Shown: positions 1-12,845 of the stretch, in pieces
Position numbering within the stretch: the stretch's first letter is position 1
How the letters are laid out: every line of letters begins with the position of its first letter
NCBI GenBank assembly: GCA_032718475.1
Contig: JAUCBJ010007261.1
Location: 1-54,578 of the forward strand
DNA from: Nemertoderma westbladi
Lineage: Eukaryota > Animalia > Xenacoelomorpha
Length of the DNA: 54,578 nt
Reading direction: 5' to 3'
The notes under the pieces: model-generated
Database searches by the model: none
Seen by the model: the letters and a program-made list of their open reading frames with translations, nothing else
What the model was told of the DNA's origin: nothing
Position numbers and translations under genes: made by a program

Positions 1-259
1 ACCGTTGAGTCGGGCATTGTCACGCTCTCGGTAAAGTTGTACATGTACATAGTGTAATTACGTTTTATATTGGTTTTAGGTTAGCGTAGTGTAATATTGT
101 ATTTGTAACCAAGTAACATAAAAGACCCCCTTGGAAATAAGCTGCAAAGCTTTAGGGGTAATCCTATATGTTATGTTGGACAATACCTTTATACCGGTAC
201 ATTGTTTGGTGTATTTGTTATTGTTTTTACATAATGTATAAATAAATCTATCTATCTAT
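1..259 (+). mobile_element. Probable 3' end of a CR1/L2-type LINE
   Basis: AATAAA followed by a (TCTA)n tail at 241-259 and an imperfect hairpin (cccct...agggg) at about 126-159; no coding evidence. Confidence 0.35.
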
Positions 260-1157
260 GTACCGGTCTGCCGGTACCTGCTAGTGCTATTGTACTTGTA
301 GTAGTAACTGCATAATAGTATAAGAGTTACCCTAAACGTCAGATACGTCCACTGAAGCGTCTGGGGTTTGATGAAGATGACGATGATGTGTCGAGTGATG
401 GTGATTTGAGCGAATTTGGAAATTTATCTGATTATTGCGTTTCCGACAATGGCGGAGATTCAGATTCGGAGAACAGCGAATCAGGCGAAGTTAATGTTGG
501 AAACAGCGACAGTACGAGTAGCGATGTCGATGAGATATCTGGAGGGAATAATTCCGGACTTTTAAACAGCAATAATACCGGTACCGGTAGCTACGGTTTG
601 AAGAAGATCAAAGTCAACGAGGATGAAGTCGACGGCGTTAATTATACGTTTAGAGGAGGAAATCTACCGCCGAGCGGATGAACAATGTCAGAGCGATAAC
701 CTGGGGTGATGCGGGGGGGGGGGGGGGGGTTATTTTAATGTTATTAAAACTAAAATTTCATTTTAAGAACAATATATTATACTGTATTTATTGCGAAATA
801 GATTTATAGTATTCCAATTAATATTAGAATAATATACCGCTGTTCTAGCCGTATATAATAGGCCGTTATATATATAGGCCGTATATAACCAACCCCAGAG
901 CACATCTGAAACCATCTGAAAACCGTTCTGAATATCTGACGATTATTGAGACTGGTCCCAACGGCTCCTGTTGAATTTTATCAAATTTAATTAATTTAAC
1001 ATTATTTTATTGTTTAAAACTTATTGCAACGACAGTGAGAATTTCAATAGATATCTGAATTAATTAATGTTATTATTGAAAGTTATGTGTAGTGTGCTAG
1101 GTAAAATATAGTTATAAGTATTCATAAAGTGCAAGCTTTCCCTATTTGCGTGCTGTG

Positions 1158-3826
1158 AACCTCCTCAGCTTAATGTCCTTGGTTGGGCAATTCGGTGAGG
1201 ATTGGTGTGTGTGTAACATCCTCAGCTTAAGGTCCTTGGTTGAGCAATTCGGTGAGGATTGATGTGTGTGTGTAACATCCTCAGCTTAAGGTCCTTGGTT
1301 GGGCAATTCGGTGAGGATTGGTGTGTGTGTAACATCCTCAGCTTAAGGTCCTTGGTTGGGCAATTCGGTGGGGATTGGTGTGTGTGTAACATCCTCAGCT
1401 TAAGGTCCTTGGTTGGGCAATTCGGTGGGGATTGGTGTGTGTGTAACATCCTCAGCTTAAGGTCCTTGGTTGGGCAATTCGGTCGGGATTGGTGTGTGTG
1501 TAACATCCTTCAGCTTAAGGTCCTTGGTTGGGCAATTCGGTGGGGATTGGTGTGTGTGTAACATCCTCAGCTTAAGGTCCTTGGTTGGGCAATTCGGTGG
1601 GGATTGGTGTGTGTGTAACATCCTCAGCTTAATGTCCTTGGTTGGGCAATTCGGTGGGGATTGGTGTGTGTATGTAACATCGTCAGCTTAAGGTCCTTGG
1701 TTGGGCAATTCGGTGGGGATTGGTGTGTGTGTGTAACATCCTCAGCTTAAGGTCCTTGGTTGGGCAATTCGGTGGGGATTGGTGTGTGTGTAACATCCTG
1801 AGCTTAAGGTCCTTGGTTGGGCAATTCGGTGGGGATTGGTGTGTGTGTAACATCCTCAGCTTAATGTCCTTGGTTGGGCAATTCGGTGGGGATTGGTGTG
1901 TGTATGTAACATCCTCAGCTTAAGGTCCTTGGTTGGGCAATTCGGTGGGGATTGGTGTGTGTATGTAACATCCTCAGCTTAAGGTCCTTGGTTGGGCAAT
2001 TCGGTGGGGATTGGTGTGTGTGTAACATCCTCAGCTTAAGGTCCTTGGTTGGGCAATTCGGTGGGGATTGGTGTGTGTGTGTGTAACATCCTCAGCTTAA
2101 GGTCCTTGGTTGGGCAATTCGGTGGGGATTGGTGTGTGTGTAACATCCTCAGCTTAAGGTCCTTGGTTGGGCAATTCGGTCGGGATTGGTGTGTGTGTGT
2201 AACATCCTCAGCTTAATGTCATTGGTTGGGCAATTCGGTGGGGATTGGTGTGTGTATGTAACATCCTCAGCTTAAGGTCATTGGTTGGGCAATTCGGTGG
2301 GGATTGGTGTGTGTGTAACATCCTCAGCTTAAGGTCCTTGGTTGGGCAATTCGGTAAGGATTGGTGTGTGTGTGTAACATCCTCAGCTTAATGTCCTTGG
2401 TTGGGCAATTCGGTGGGGATTGGTGTGTGTATGTAACATCCTCAGCTTAAGGTCCTTGGTTGGGCAATTCGGTGGGGATTGGTGTGTGTATGTAACATCC
2501 TCAGCTTAAGGTCATTGGTTGGGCAATTCGGTGGGGATTGGTGTGTGTGTAACATCCTCAGCTTAAGGTCCTTGGTTGGGCAATTCGGTGGGGATTGGTG
2601 TGTGTATGTAACATCCTGAGCTTAAGGTCCTTGGTTGGGCAATTCGGTGGGGATTGGTGTGTGTATGTAACATCCTCAGCTTAAGGTCCTTGGTTGGGCA
2701 ATTCGGTGGGGATTGGTGTGTGTATGTAACATCCTCAGCTTAAGGTCCTTGGTTGGGCAATTCGGTGGGGATTGGTGTGTGTGTAACATCCTCAGCTTAA
2801 GGTCCTTGGTTGGGCAATTCGGTGGGGATTGGTGTGTGTGTGTAACATCCTCAGCTTAAGGTCCTTGGTTGGGCAATTCGGTGGGGATTGGTGTGTGTGT
2901 AACATCCTCAGCTTAAGGTCCTTGGTTGGGCAATTCGGTCGGGATTGGTGTGTGTGTGTAACATCCTCAGCTTAATGTCCTTGGTTGGGCAATTCGGTGG
3001 GGATTGGTGTGTGTATGTAACATCCTCAGCTTAAGGTCATTGGTTGGGCAATTCGGTGGGGATTGGTGTGTGTGTAACATCCTCAGCTTAAGGTCCTTGG
3101 TTGGGCAATTCGGTAAGGATTGGTGTGTGTGTGTAACATCCTCAGCTTAATGTCCTTGGTTGGGCAATTCGGTGGGGATTGGTGTGTGTGTGTGTAACAT
3201 CCTCAGCTTAAGGTCCTTGGTTGGGCAATTCGGTGGGGATTGGTGTGTGTGTAACATCCTCAGCTTAAGGTCCTTGGTTGGGCAATTCGGTGGGGATTGG
3301 TGTGTGTGTAACATCCTCAGCTTAAGGTCCTTGGTTGGGCAATTCGGTGGGGATTGGTGTGTGTGTAACATCCTCAGCTTAATGTCCTTGGTTGGGCAAT
3401 TCGGTGGGGATTGGTGTGTGTATGTAACATCCTCAGCTTAATGTCCTTGGTTGGGCAATTCGGTGGGGATTGGTGTGTGTATGTAACATCCTCAGCTTAA
3501 TGTCCTTGGTTGGGCAATTCGGTGGGGATTGGTGTGTGTATGTAACATCGTCAGCTTAAGGTCCTTGGTTGGACAATTCGGTGGGGATTGGTGTGTGTGT
3601 GTAACATCCTCAGCTTAAGGTCCTTGGTTGGGCAATTCGGTGGGGATTGGTGTGTGTGTAACATCCTCAGCTTAAGGTCCTTGGTTGGGCAATTCGGTGG
3701 GGATTGGTGTGTGTGTAACATCCTCAGCTTAAGGTCCTTGGTTGGGCAATTCGGTGAGGATTGGTGTGTGTGTGTAACATCCTCAGCTTAAGGTCCTTGG
3801 TTGGGCAATTCGGTGGGAATTGGTGT
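1158..3826. repeat. Tandem satellite, 57-61 bp unit, about 46 copies
   Basis: Unit TAACATCCTCAGCTTAAGGTCCTTGGTTGGGCAATTCGGTGGGGATTGG(TG)n; length varies by the number of GT dinucleotides. Confidence 0.98.
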
Positions 3827-3959
3827 AGGTGTAGGTGTGTCTAAGATGTTATTATTCTACACGTTTGACTATTTTATATTAGTTAATACAACAAATGTGG
3901 TTGTGCTTTAAACCCTGAGGTTTCTACAGTTTTGATTCTGGTAACATGGAAGTTTTTTT

Positions 3960-4368
3960 TATATGATAGAGCAAAGATGGGGTAACATATCTATCAAACG
4001 AATTTTTTATGAAAATTAGTTTGTGCCGCTAGGGAGCGCTCCAAAATTGTGCTATTTTTAAGATAGTTATAAATTAGTATTAAATTGTAATAACTAATTA
4101 TTTCAAAAAGCTGACTGATAAATTTAAGACAATTTTGTCAAATAATTGTAGATGTAGTAAGTTGCTAAAGTCCGGAAAATTGCATTAATATTCTGAGAAA
4201 ATTGCAGTTCAAACATTTCGCAACCAAAATTATTTTCAATCGCTCTCAGTTTATGAAAATTGTCATAACTCGAAAACTAAAAGAGCTACTGCTAAGCCGT
4301 TTTCAGACTTTAAATCTGGGTTAAATTTCACATCGCAATAGTTCAAAAAAATAAATCCTCCCCTCCCC
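3960..4368. mobile_element. Degenerate DNA transposon right end (Kolobok-like)
   Basis: Ends in ccctcccc|TTAA like the Kolobok end at 31074; partner end not found; left boundary approximate. Confidence 0.3.
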
Positions 4369-4640
4369 TTAATAAAGAATCATAGTGAAAATCTGTTCCA
4401 CGTTATTTACCATGCTATAAACAATTAAATAATTAATTGTTTTATTTATATTAAATTCATATCATTTATTCGATTAAATAACTGTTCTAGAAGTCCACGT
4501 GATTTCTACGAAATTGCACTCAGTGATCTGTGCAAAAGATATCAAAGTATAAAAGTAGTGACAGATGACAAGACACCAAAAGTAATACAGTCGAGCGTTC
4601 GTAATAACTGATATCTTCAGTATTCGGTTATTATATTTAG

Positions 4641-5001
4641 GCTGCGACTACAAACTGAGACTGAAATTCAACGACAACGCCATCTCGATTTCCAGCTGGA
4701 GAAATCGGAGGAGCGATCTGATCGGAAGCGTCAGCTGGAGTTGGCAGATCATCAGCACGCCCGGGAGATGGAGAGGCAAACGCACGATGAGAAACTACGA
4801 CAGGAAAGGGAACGGCACGAGGCCGAGATTGAGTACGAAAGGAAGAAGGTTGAAACCCAGGTGGGTCGACTGGAGAGGATGAAGGGATTGGAGATTGATC
4901 TTACTCAAGTGCTGGTAGCCCAACACAAAGTACCGGACAAGCATGTTAAGGTCGACACAGGGGATGATGAAGGAAAAGTACAACTACATCTACAAGTTTA
5001 A
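4641..5001 (+). other. Isolated exon-like segment encoding a charged coiled coil
   Basis: GC-richer island after a tttag acceptor-like site; E/R/K-rich peptide (AREMERQTHDEKLRQERERHEAEIEYERKK); origin unknown. Confidence 0.25.
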
Positions 5002-6845
5002 ATTATTGCCCACATGTTAAAAATTATCAAAAGTTATATGAATTCCTAAAAGTTGTATAAAATTTCACACGGTTGACATGTCATCATATTTTGATGTATA
5101 AATTCTTGAATGTTTCCATCATATTCATGTATTCACTATTACTTGCATCAATGCCACCTTAGCAATTATTTGAATTATTTGTAGATGTTCTGGAATAAAT
5201 GGAACTTCAACATTTTTATATACGTTTTACTTTCTATATAACTTTTAACATTGTCATATATAACTTGTTCTCAGGAAATGTCAATATTAAATTCTTATTC
5301 CATACAGTATGTCGTTCATCTAGAAGTTTAATGTGTCAGTAAAAATGTGTCAGAACTCAGAAATAATAATAGTTTGCTAGTTAAACAAGGTACGTTGGTT
5401 AATTGAAATTTGACAATGTGTATAATGCCACATTCATTAAGAAATGTGCTAGATTAATTTGTGAAAAATTTTTATATTTGTAATTATATTTTTAATTATT
5501 CGCCTTTCATAATAAATTATGATGGCCAGTATATTTAATTATTTTTTATATTGATTCGAAGTATTATTTCAATTATCAATTGAAAGTTATTAATGCAGAA
5601 TGTTTCTGTTCTACTTCAAAGTGCTTAAAAGGTGCTGTGTGTGATATAATTTTATCAGTATTATATATTAATCAAACTCATAATTTAACTTTTAGATATT
5701 TGTAATTTTGTACTTTGTATCATAAAAAATTATGTTGTACAATTATTTATTAGAATTAAATCACAGATCGTACGGAAAATCACTAAAATATGTTTTCAAA
5801 TTATTGTTCTAGATAAATCTGGGTACAGTTTGAAAGTTTTGTTTTAAAAAAAAAAAACTCGTAATTTTTACGTTTTCCACGCATAAGTTCGAGTTGGTTT
5901 GGCTCTCTATCTCAACTAAATGGAGATGTCATATCGGTGAAATAGCCTTTATGAAAGCTGGATAATTTTTGAATCGAATTAAAAGTATGTTAGTATGTTC
6001 AAGTAGTCAGTATGTTTCGTTGAAATATATACGTCCATGCTTAAAATAAGTATTCACCACTTTTTGTACATGTTATAAAGAAGTCCTTTCTGAAGCCTCC
6101 TCTCAAATTTATTGCCTTTCAAACATTTCCGCATTCTAATAATCCGCATTATTAGTATATAAATTAAATATTATTTATTTTTACAATAATTATCAGCAGT
6201 CCGCCAGATCGGGACGTACAGTACATCCAGGGAAAAAACTAGAGGTATTCTCTATAGCCGAGTAGTGTCACTTGAACAAAAATGTAGATAGCATAGAACC
6301 CATGAAAAATTAATCATAACCCTCAATTGCTTAATTCATATAGAATAGGCCCTACAGGTATGGGTATATGGGTATGGGGGGTGAGGGGTGTGGTTATCAC
6401 TACCGTCCCTTAAGTATGGGAAATACTCAAGAATTGGAAACACAGTAGAATTGCCCCCAATTACAACTTGCCATTGTATCATAAATCAGGTTTATTACGT
6501 CATGCAGTTTATATTATATAAAATATTCAGTTTATTTGTTTTCACTAGAAATATTAAGTTATTAGTAAGAATCTGAATTTATATACAACAATTGTCATTT
6601 TTTCACACATATGCATATATGTATGTAGACAATAATTTATTGTAGACAACCAGGCCGGAGCCGGATTTGTAAAAAAAATCCGTCCGGAATTCCGACCAAG
6701 ACGGATTTTTTTATATATCACCACTTCTATCCTTAAATCAGCTACTATATGGTACCTTTGTGCATGAACAGAACTGGAGGGAGGGAGGGTACCATTTGGT
6801 CCTTTGGGCGTTAGGTCCTGCATTGATAGATAACGTGGGTTATAT

Positions 6846-7255
6846 TGAAAAATATCGAGACATGAAAAATATCGAGAGTAAAAATAACGTGAGTAAAAAT
6901 ATCGAGTGTTGAAAAATAACGATAATATCGAGTGTTCAAAAAATATCGAGAGTAAAAATATCGAGAGTAAAAATAACGAGTGTTGAAAAATATCGAGAGT
7001 AAAAATATCGAGTGCTGAAAAATGTCGAGAGTAAAAATATCGAGATAAAAATATCGAGTGTTGAAAAATATCGAGAGTAAAAATATCGAGTGTTGAAAAA
7101 TATCGAGAGTAAAAATATCGAGTGTTGAAAAATATCGAGAGTAAAAATATCGAGTGTTGAAAAATATCGAGTGTTTATGAATATCGAGTGTTGAAAAATA
7201 TCGAGAGTAAAAATATATAGTGTTGAAAAATATACAGTGTAAAAATATCGATAGT
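6846..7255 (+). repeat. Left foldback arm: 15/17-bp modular repeats
   Basis: Interleaved AAAAATATCGAGAGT and AAAAATATCGAGTGTTG units. Confidence 0.95.
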
Positions 7256-7761
7256 AATAATTTTTTTAATAAGCTTTGTATGATAATTTTTTTCCTAAAA
7301 ATGTTCTAGTACAAAAAAATGTGTTCTAGAACAAAAATATTTATCAACATTGATAGGTTTCACGTGTTCTACAACATTTATAAAAAGAAGTAGAAAATAC
7401 TAGCTTTAAAAAATTAAAAAGGTGATCTAGAACTAAAAAATGTGTTCTAGAACAAAAATGATAGCTAGCACTTCTTCTATAATATTTAGGCTAGAGTTCC
7501 GTACGTCCCCCCATTTTTAAAATGACTTGAATTGCCTTGAAATGACTTGTATTGTCATTTAATATTATGGAATATATTTTTTCTACCTATAATATATACT
7601 ATATATACAATATATATATATATATTATATATATTATATAGTATATATAGATAGTATATATATATATATTATTTTTAAAATGACTTGAATTGCCTTGAAT
7701 GACTTGTATTGTCATTTAATATTATGGAATATATTTTTTCTACCTATAATATACACTATAT

Positions 7762-8989
7762 GTGACCTGCTACATAGAAAGGGGGCTTAGGGTCTGGATA
7801 CTCTATTTTAGGATTTTGGCACTCTATAATGGAAAATTGTTCGCTGAGTCCGATTCTGAAAACCGTTAAGTCATATCTTTTTTAGTTTTGGAGTTATCCT
7901 TACTTTTGTGAACCTATGTCAGACAATGTTGATGCTAATTTTTCACAATTTATTTAAAAAAATTAGAAGGCCTACTGTATACGTTTGAAAACTTTTGGAA
8001 CTAAAAAATAATAAAGATACCTTGTAGTACTATTGCACATGAACATTATGGTTTATTTTAATATTTTTTGATTATTTAATCTATTAATTAGTCATTTTAA
8101 GTAATTTAATTAATTAATTAAAAGATTAATTAAATGATTAATTTTTTTTTTTTAATTTTTTTTCAGAATTTTAATAGGTTTAGTAAACATACCAGTAGAC
8201 ATTGTAAAAATACCGAAACTGAATTAGGAATTCAACATCAGTTTATTATTTGCTATTATCCTAAGATCATTAAACATAATCGTGATATTTTTTACTATGA
8301 CCAACAGCCTTGCAGACTGAACATTTTCGGCTCTCTTTTAGTTTCTTATTTGGTGGTCTCACTTCTACAGATGGATGGCCCAGCAACATCTGGATGATTG
8401 TTAGAAACACATAACTGTTTGCTTCCTGCTTTTGTTGGTCGTGGTATATCCGGTTTCGGACAGACGACAGCTCTAGAGAGTTCAGAAAGACAATAAGGTC
8501 TAACCTGTTGTTCATATACTGTAGGTACCACTGGCGTTCTGGTGATAGGCCTTGTGGCACCTTAGCCACAGGCAAACCTTTCGACTAAGAGATCTGGATC
8601 CCTTTTCAGTTGTTTCACGGATAGAACATTGAATAACTTCACTAGAAATCAGTTTCTTCATTATTAATAGCATACAACATGTCTAAATCATCTAATTCTG
8701 ACTGGTACAGATCCATCATTCAATTACGAGATAACTAAATAACAATGCACACTGTCAGACTGAATAAAATGTGTACAATAAACTGTAAACAGCTCTAAAA
8801 ACGTTTTAAATTTCCCGCCAAATATATCTGTAAGGTAGACTGTAAACCACCTTTTAACATAGCAATTGTACCTGGACTGAAACAGCGATTAATCTTAGAT
8901 AAATTCAAAAAAATGTACACTATTTTTAATTGCGTTTTTCTCGGAATTGTATTTCAGACTGTAAGCCACCTTTCTATGTAGCAGGTCAC
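7762..8989 (-). mobile_element. Sola1-like DNA transposon, internally deleted
   Basis: TIR GTGACCTGCTACATAGAAAGG at both ends; 4-bp TSD ATAT (AWWT type), confirmed against uninterrupted satellite units; transposase C-terminal remnant inside. Confidence 0.75.
8270..8640 (-). pseudogene. Frameshifted transposase C-terminus (Sola1-like)
   Basis: PQGLSPERQWYL / YEQQVRPYC / VVCPKP, then zinc knuckle RKCSVCKAVGH, spread over several frames. Confidence 0.65.
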
Positions 8990-9814
8990 ATATATACAAT
9001 ATATATATATATATTATATATATTATATAGTATATATAGATAGTATATATATATATATTATTTTTAAAATGACTTGAATTGCCTTGAAATGACTTGTATT
9101 GTCATTTAATATTATGGAATATATTTTTTCTACCTATAATATATACTATATATACAATATATATATATATATTATATATATTATATAGTATATATAGATA
9201 GTATATATATATATATTATTTTTAAAATGACTTGAATTGCCTTGAAATGACTTGTATTGTCATTTAATATTATGGAATATATTTTTTCTACCTATAATAT
9301 ATACTATATATACAATATATATATATATTATATATATTATATAGTATATATAGATAGTATATATATATATATTATTTTTAAAATGACTTGAATTGCCTTG
9401 AAATGACTTGTATTGTCATTTAATATTATGGAATATATTTTTTCTACCTATAATATATACTATATATACAATATATATATATATATTATATATATTATAT
9501 AGTATATATAGATAGTATATATATATACTATATATATACTATCTATATATACTATATACTAATATTTGATTAGTGTCGCTCAAGAAACATGGTGTTATGG
9601 TATAGTAAAAAAATCTCGCAAAATGGGGGGACGTACGGAACTGTTCCCAATATTTATTTAAAAAATAGCAAAAACTAGCTATTATAATAAATCTGGTAAA
9701 TGGGTACGGTACCCAAGGTGTATTAATGCCATTTATTTGCACTTGCACTGTTGTAACCCCATGCACTGCAATATTGTCCCATAATTCTAAATAAAATGCC
9801 CAAGCAAAGTGCAA

Positions 9815-10320
9815 TATTTTTACTCTCGATATTTTTCAACACTGATATTTTTACTCTCGATATTTTTACTCTCGATATTTTTCAACACTCGATATTTTTC
9901 AACACTCGATATTTTTCAACACTCGATATTTTTACTCTCGATATTTTTCAACACTCGTTATTTTCGATATTTTTCATCTCGCGTTATTTTTACTCTCGAT
10001 ATTTTTTAATAACGTTAATTTTCAACACTCGTTATTTTTACTCTCGATATTTTTACTCTCGTTATTTTTACTCTCGATATATTTCAAGTCTCGATATTTT
10101 TCAACACTCGATATTTTTCAACACTCGATATTTTTACTCTCGATATTTTTCAACACGCGATATTTTTCAACACTCGTTATTTTCGATATTTTTCATCTCG
10201 CGTTTTTTTTACTCTCGATATTTTTTAATAACGTTAATTTTCAACACTCGTTATTTTTACTCTCGATATTTTTACTCTCGTTATTTTTACTCTCGATATA
10301 TTTCAAGTCTCGATATTTTT
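9815..10320 (-). repeat. Right foldback arm (inverted 15/17-bp repeats)
   Basis: ACTCTCGATATTTTT / CAACACTCGATATTTTT units, reverse complement of the left arm; includes an internal duplication (about 9950-10100 vs 10170-10320). Confidence 0.95.
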
Positions 10321-10389
10321 CACCATTACCATAACGTGCTGTATCATTATCAGCAAGGTCATGATGAGGACTTTGACTTTAATAAGAAT

Positions 10390-10506
10390 TTAGAAGTAGA
10401 TTAGTAAGTATATGTCAATTATCCCAACTAAACGGGACGAGAAGAACATTATGCGTTGGTGGGCTGCAAATCAGGAATCATTTCCTAATTTACAAATACT
10501 TGTGCA
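10390..10506 (+). pseudogene. hAT transposase C-terminal dimerisation-domain remnant
   Basis: Translates KYMSIIPTKRDEKNIMRWWAANQESFPNLQIL (WW...FPxL motif); cut by the insertion at 10509. Confidence 0.65.
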
Positions 10507-11759
10507 TACCCGGATCAGAGTTCTTAGTAAAATTGCTATGAAATTGTATGAATTGGTCTAAACTTTCCGTAAACTTATCAACTAGTAAAACTTCTGAGAT
10601 TGTACTAAAATCTTAATAATAACTTGTAGTCCAGTCAATCTAGCCAAAAAAGGGGGTCAACCCATAAGAAATTCGCAATCAACCAAAACCAAATTTTTTA
10701 GGTTCTATATTATCTTGTTATTGCCCAAAAAAAAGTCTATAAAAAAATATGTTGCGGAACACATTAAATTTCATGCAAACATATGACCTATTTTTGCAAT
10801 ACCCAATAATTGCTCTTTCTTATAATGGAGCTATTTGTTTGCTTAATTATAACACAAGTTGCTTGGTAACTGCTCAATATAACTATTTCCTATTGCTAGT
10901 GATGTACAGCAGCTAGCTACTTTTTATAGCCAAATCACTACTGTACAACCACTTTAATATTATGTAGTATTTTCTTTAAACACTCTTTATGGGTTTGTAT
11001 TAGCAATGTGACTTTTTTGAACGTTCAGTGCTGTTTATAAAATAATTTGAAGGTACTTTAAAAGATATCCTAATCTTTTGTGATGGCTTTACAATTTTTT
11101 CAAGGCTAGAGAGAGATCCGTATGCAGTCGCATTCGATATTTTGATATTAATTAATGAAATGATGTACTTTTTCATAGTAATAATATCACTACTGACTGA
11201 CTTCATTGCAACATTTTAAAAAAATATTGTGTTCTAGAACAATAGCTAATCGACTAGCTAGTAATTTTTTAAAAGATGATTTATTAAATATTAACATTTT
11301 TTTTATTTTATTATACATACCATACATTCAATCAACATTGAATGTTCTAGAACATAATTATAAATAATTATTATAAATTTATTATAAATAAATATTATTG
11401 TAATTATAAACAAATTATATCACCCCTCCCCCCTAAATTGTTTAAATAATATAATATTTATTTATTAAATTAAAAAATTAGTTATTGACTATTATAATTT
11501 ATTAGTACGAAATATTAACATTGAGCAATATACATACTGTACATGATTCAAAAATATTAGAAACAATTTCAAATAATTTTTCAATAAATATACAAATTAT
11601 TCCAATTATTTTAATAACTTTTCAACAAGTTGTTTTCACACGACACCATTTAGGTATGTCACGAAAGAGGATATACATGGAGAATATAAGTTCTATCAAG
11701 TTTATCATGTGTTGATGTTTGCTAGTAGGTTGGAACTGTACCATACGGAATGTGATGTC

Positions 11760-12555
11760 ACTTTTCGTAAGATGAGAAAATTGCAAGCCATCGATGAGAA
11801 AATGGCAAGCCATCGATGTCTCTCAATCAGAAACCGAAAGATTTAAGGTCGGTCGGCCAGAAGACATTGTTCGTACACATCACAAGCATTTATGGAGGCT
11901 GTTAAGCGTTTGGAAGATGGGTAACAGTTGACAATCGGCGATATACTAGGGATAATGGAAATAAATTTAAAAGACACCGGGTATGAGGTTTACAGTTTCA
12001 CACACATGAAAGATAAACTTATAGATCACTTTGTTGATAAAATTGTAATCTCTGAAGTTTGCGGCAAACCAAATGGTTTTACATTTACTGAAATGTGGAC
12101 AAAGTCATCCGTGAGTTTTATAAACGTACCAAATAATCTGACATATTATGTTGATGCACAGAAGGAAAAGGATCACATAATAGAAACAGCTCCTAAAAAT
12201 TTAAAAAATGAGATAAAAGCAAATCTCAATACGAAATATTTAACAATAAATACCCCACGGCATCCCAGATGACGAATGTTACTGAAACCATCAGCTGCAA
12301 TCTGCAAAGTATCACAGCTATCGTGTATACCTCCAGATACAAGTATAGAGAGGATTTCCGATTTAAATACAATTGATTGGGGTTGGAAGCTCATAGATGG
12401 AAAGCTTCTTCCCAAAACAACCGATCTGCCACCTGAGATAATGGAAGCAGTTAGCTGCAACTGCAAGAAAGGTTGTGCCACACTACTGTAGCATGCAGCT
12501 GCAGAAATCCAACAGCTGCTGCTGCAAAATGTCCTGTTCAATTGCCTGCGGAATA
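11760..12555 (+). pseudogene. Academ transposase remnants (N-terminal part joined to Cys-rich C-terminus)
   Basis: YSFTHMKDKLIDHFVDKIVISEVCGKPN, then DWGWKLIDGKLLPKTTDLPP...SCNCKKGC...CSIACG; stops and frameshifts. Confidence 0.7.
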
Positions 12556-12845
12556 CAGATAGGGGGGGGGGGGGGTGGGAGGGAAACTGGACGCAATAGA
12601 AATTCATCCCTCTCCAGGGGAAATTGGACGCAAATAACAGCTGATTACTCTCAAAAATAAAACTGTAACGTGTTCTGTAACTGATAAAACTGTAATGTTA
12701 ACGTGTTTATTGTTTTGGTTAAAATAACGTGCCACTGTAAGCTGCTCCTTTCCCTAAATTGAGAATTTAACATTTAAATTGAGAATTTAACATTGAGGCG
12801 GGATTTGCATCCAGTCCCCCCCCCCCCCCCCCCCCCCCCTGTCTC
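12556..12845. mobile_element. hAT-type MITE (290 bp) inserted in the Academ zinc finger
   Basis: 8-bp TSD GCGGAATA (12548-12555, 12846-12853); TIR AGA(T/C)AGGGG...ACTGGA(C/T)GCAA; CAG start. Confidence 0.8.

Larger units (their letters stand above)
7519..9550. repeat. About 158-bp AT-rich tandem repeat with (TA)n tracts, about 5 copies, copy 2 interrupted
   Basis: AATGACTTGAATTGCCTTG recurs at 7521, 7679, 9068, 9226 and 9382. Confidence 0.95.
7489..9648. mobile_element. Second Merlin-like non-autonomous element nested in the foldback
   Basis: 8-bp TSD AATATTTA (7481-7488, 9649-9656); GG...CC termini; inverted repeat AGTTCCGTACGTCCCCCCATTTT at 7495-7517 and 9620-9642. Confidence 0.75.
6838..10330. 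mobile_element. Merlin-like foldback DNA transposon (non-autonomous)
   Basis: Perfect 8-bp TSD ATAACGTG (6830-6837, 10331-10338); GGT...ACC termini; long inverted arms made of short tandem repeats. GG termini with an 8-bp TSD fit Merlin. Confidence 0.8.

Noticed and set aside
388-681. Acidic ORF as a gene or piggyBac N-terminus
   Set aside because: Low complexity, non-ATG start, no downstream transposase or diagnostic motif
1158-1260. Hammerhead or HDV-like ribozyme in the 57-bp unit (CTGAGGA on minus; CCTCCTC and GGGCAA on plus)
   Set aside because: No GAAA box or stem II, and P1/P3 pairings could not be built by eye; a covariance-model search would be needed
1222-3791. Cys/Trp-rich or His/Pro-rich repeat ORFs
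   Set aside because: Artefacts of a 57-bp unit; frames are broken repeatedly by 2-bp GT changes
1158-3826. CRISPR-like array
   Set aside because: No unique spacers; the whole unit repeats and only the GT count varies; eukaryotic context and no cas genes
9796-10404. 202-aa hydrophobic ORF
   Set aside because: Translation of the foldback repeat arm
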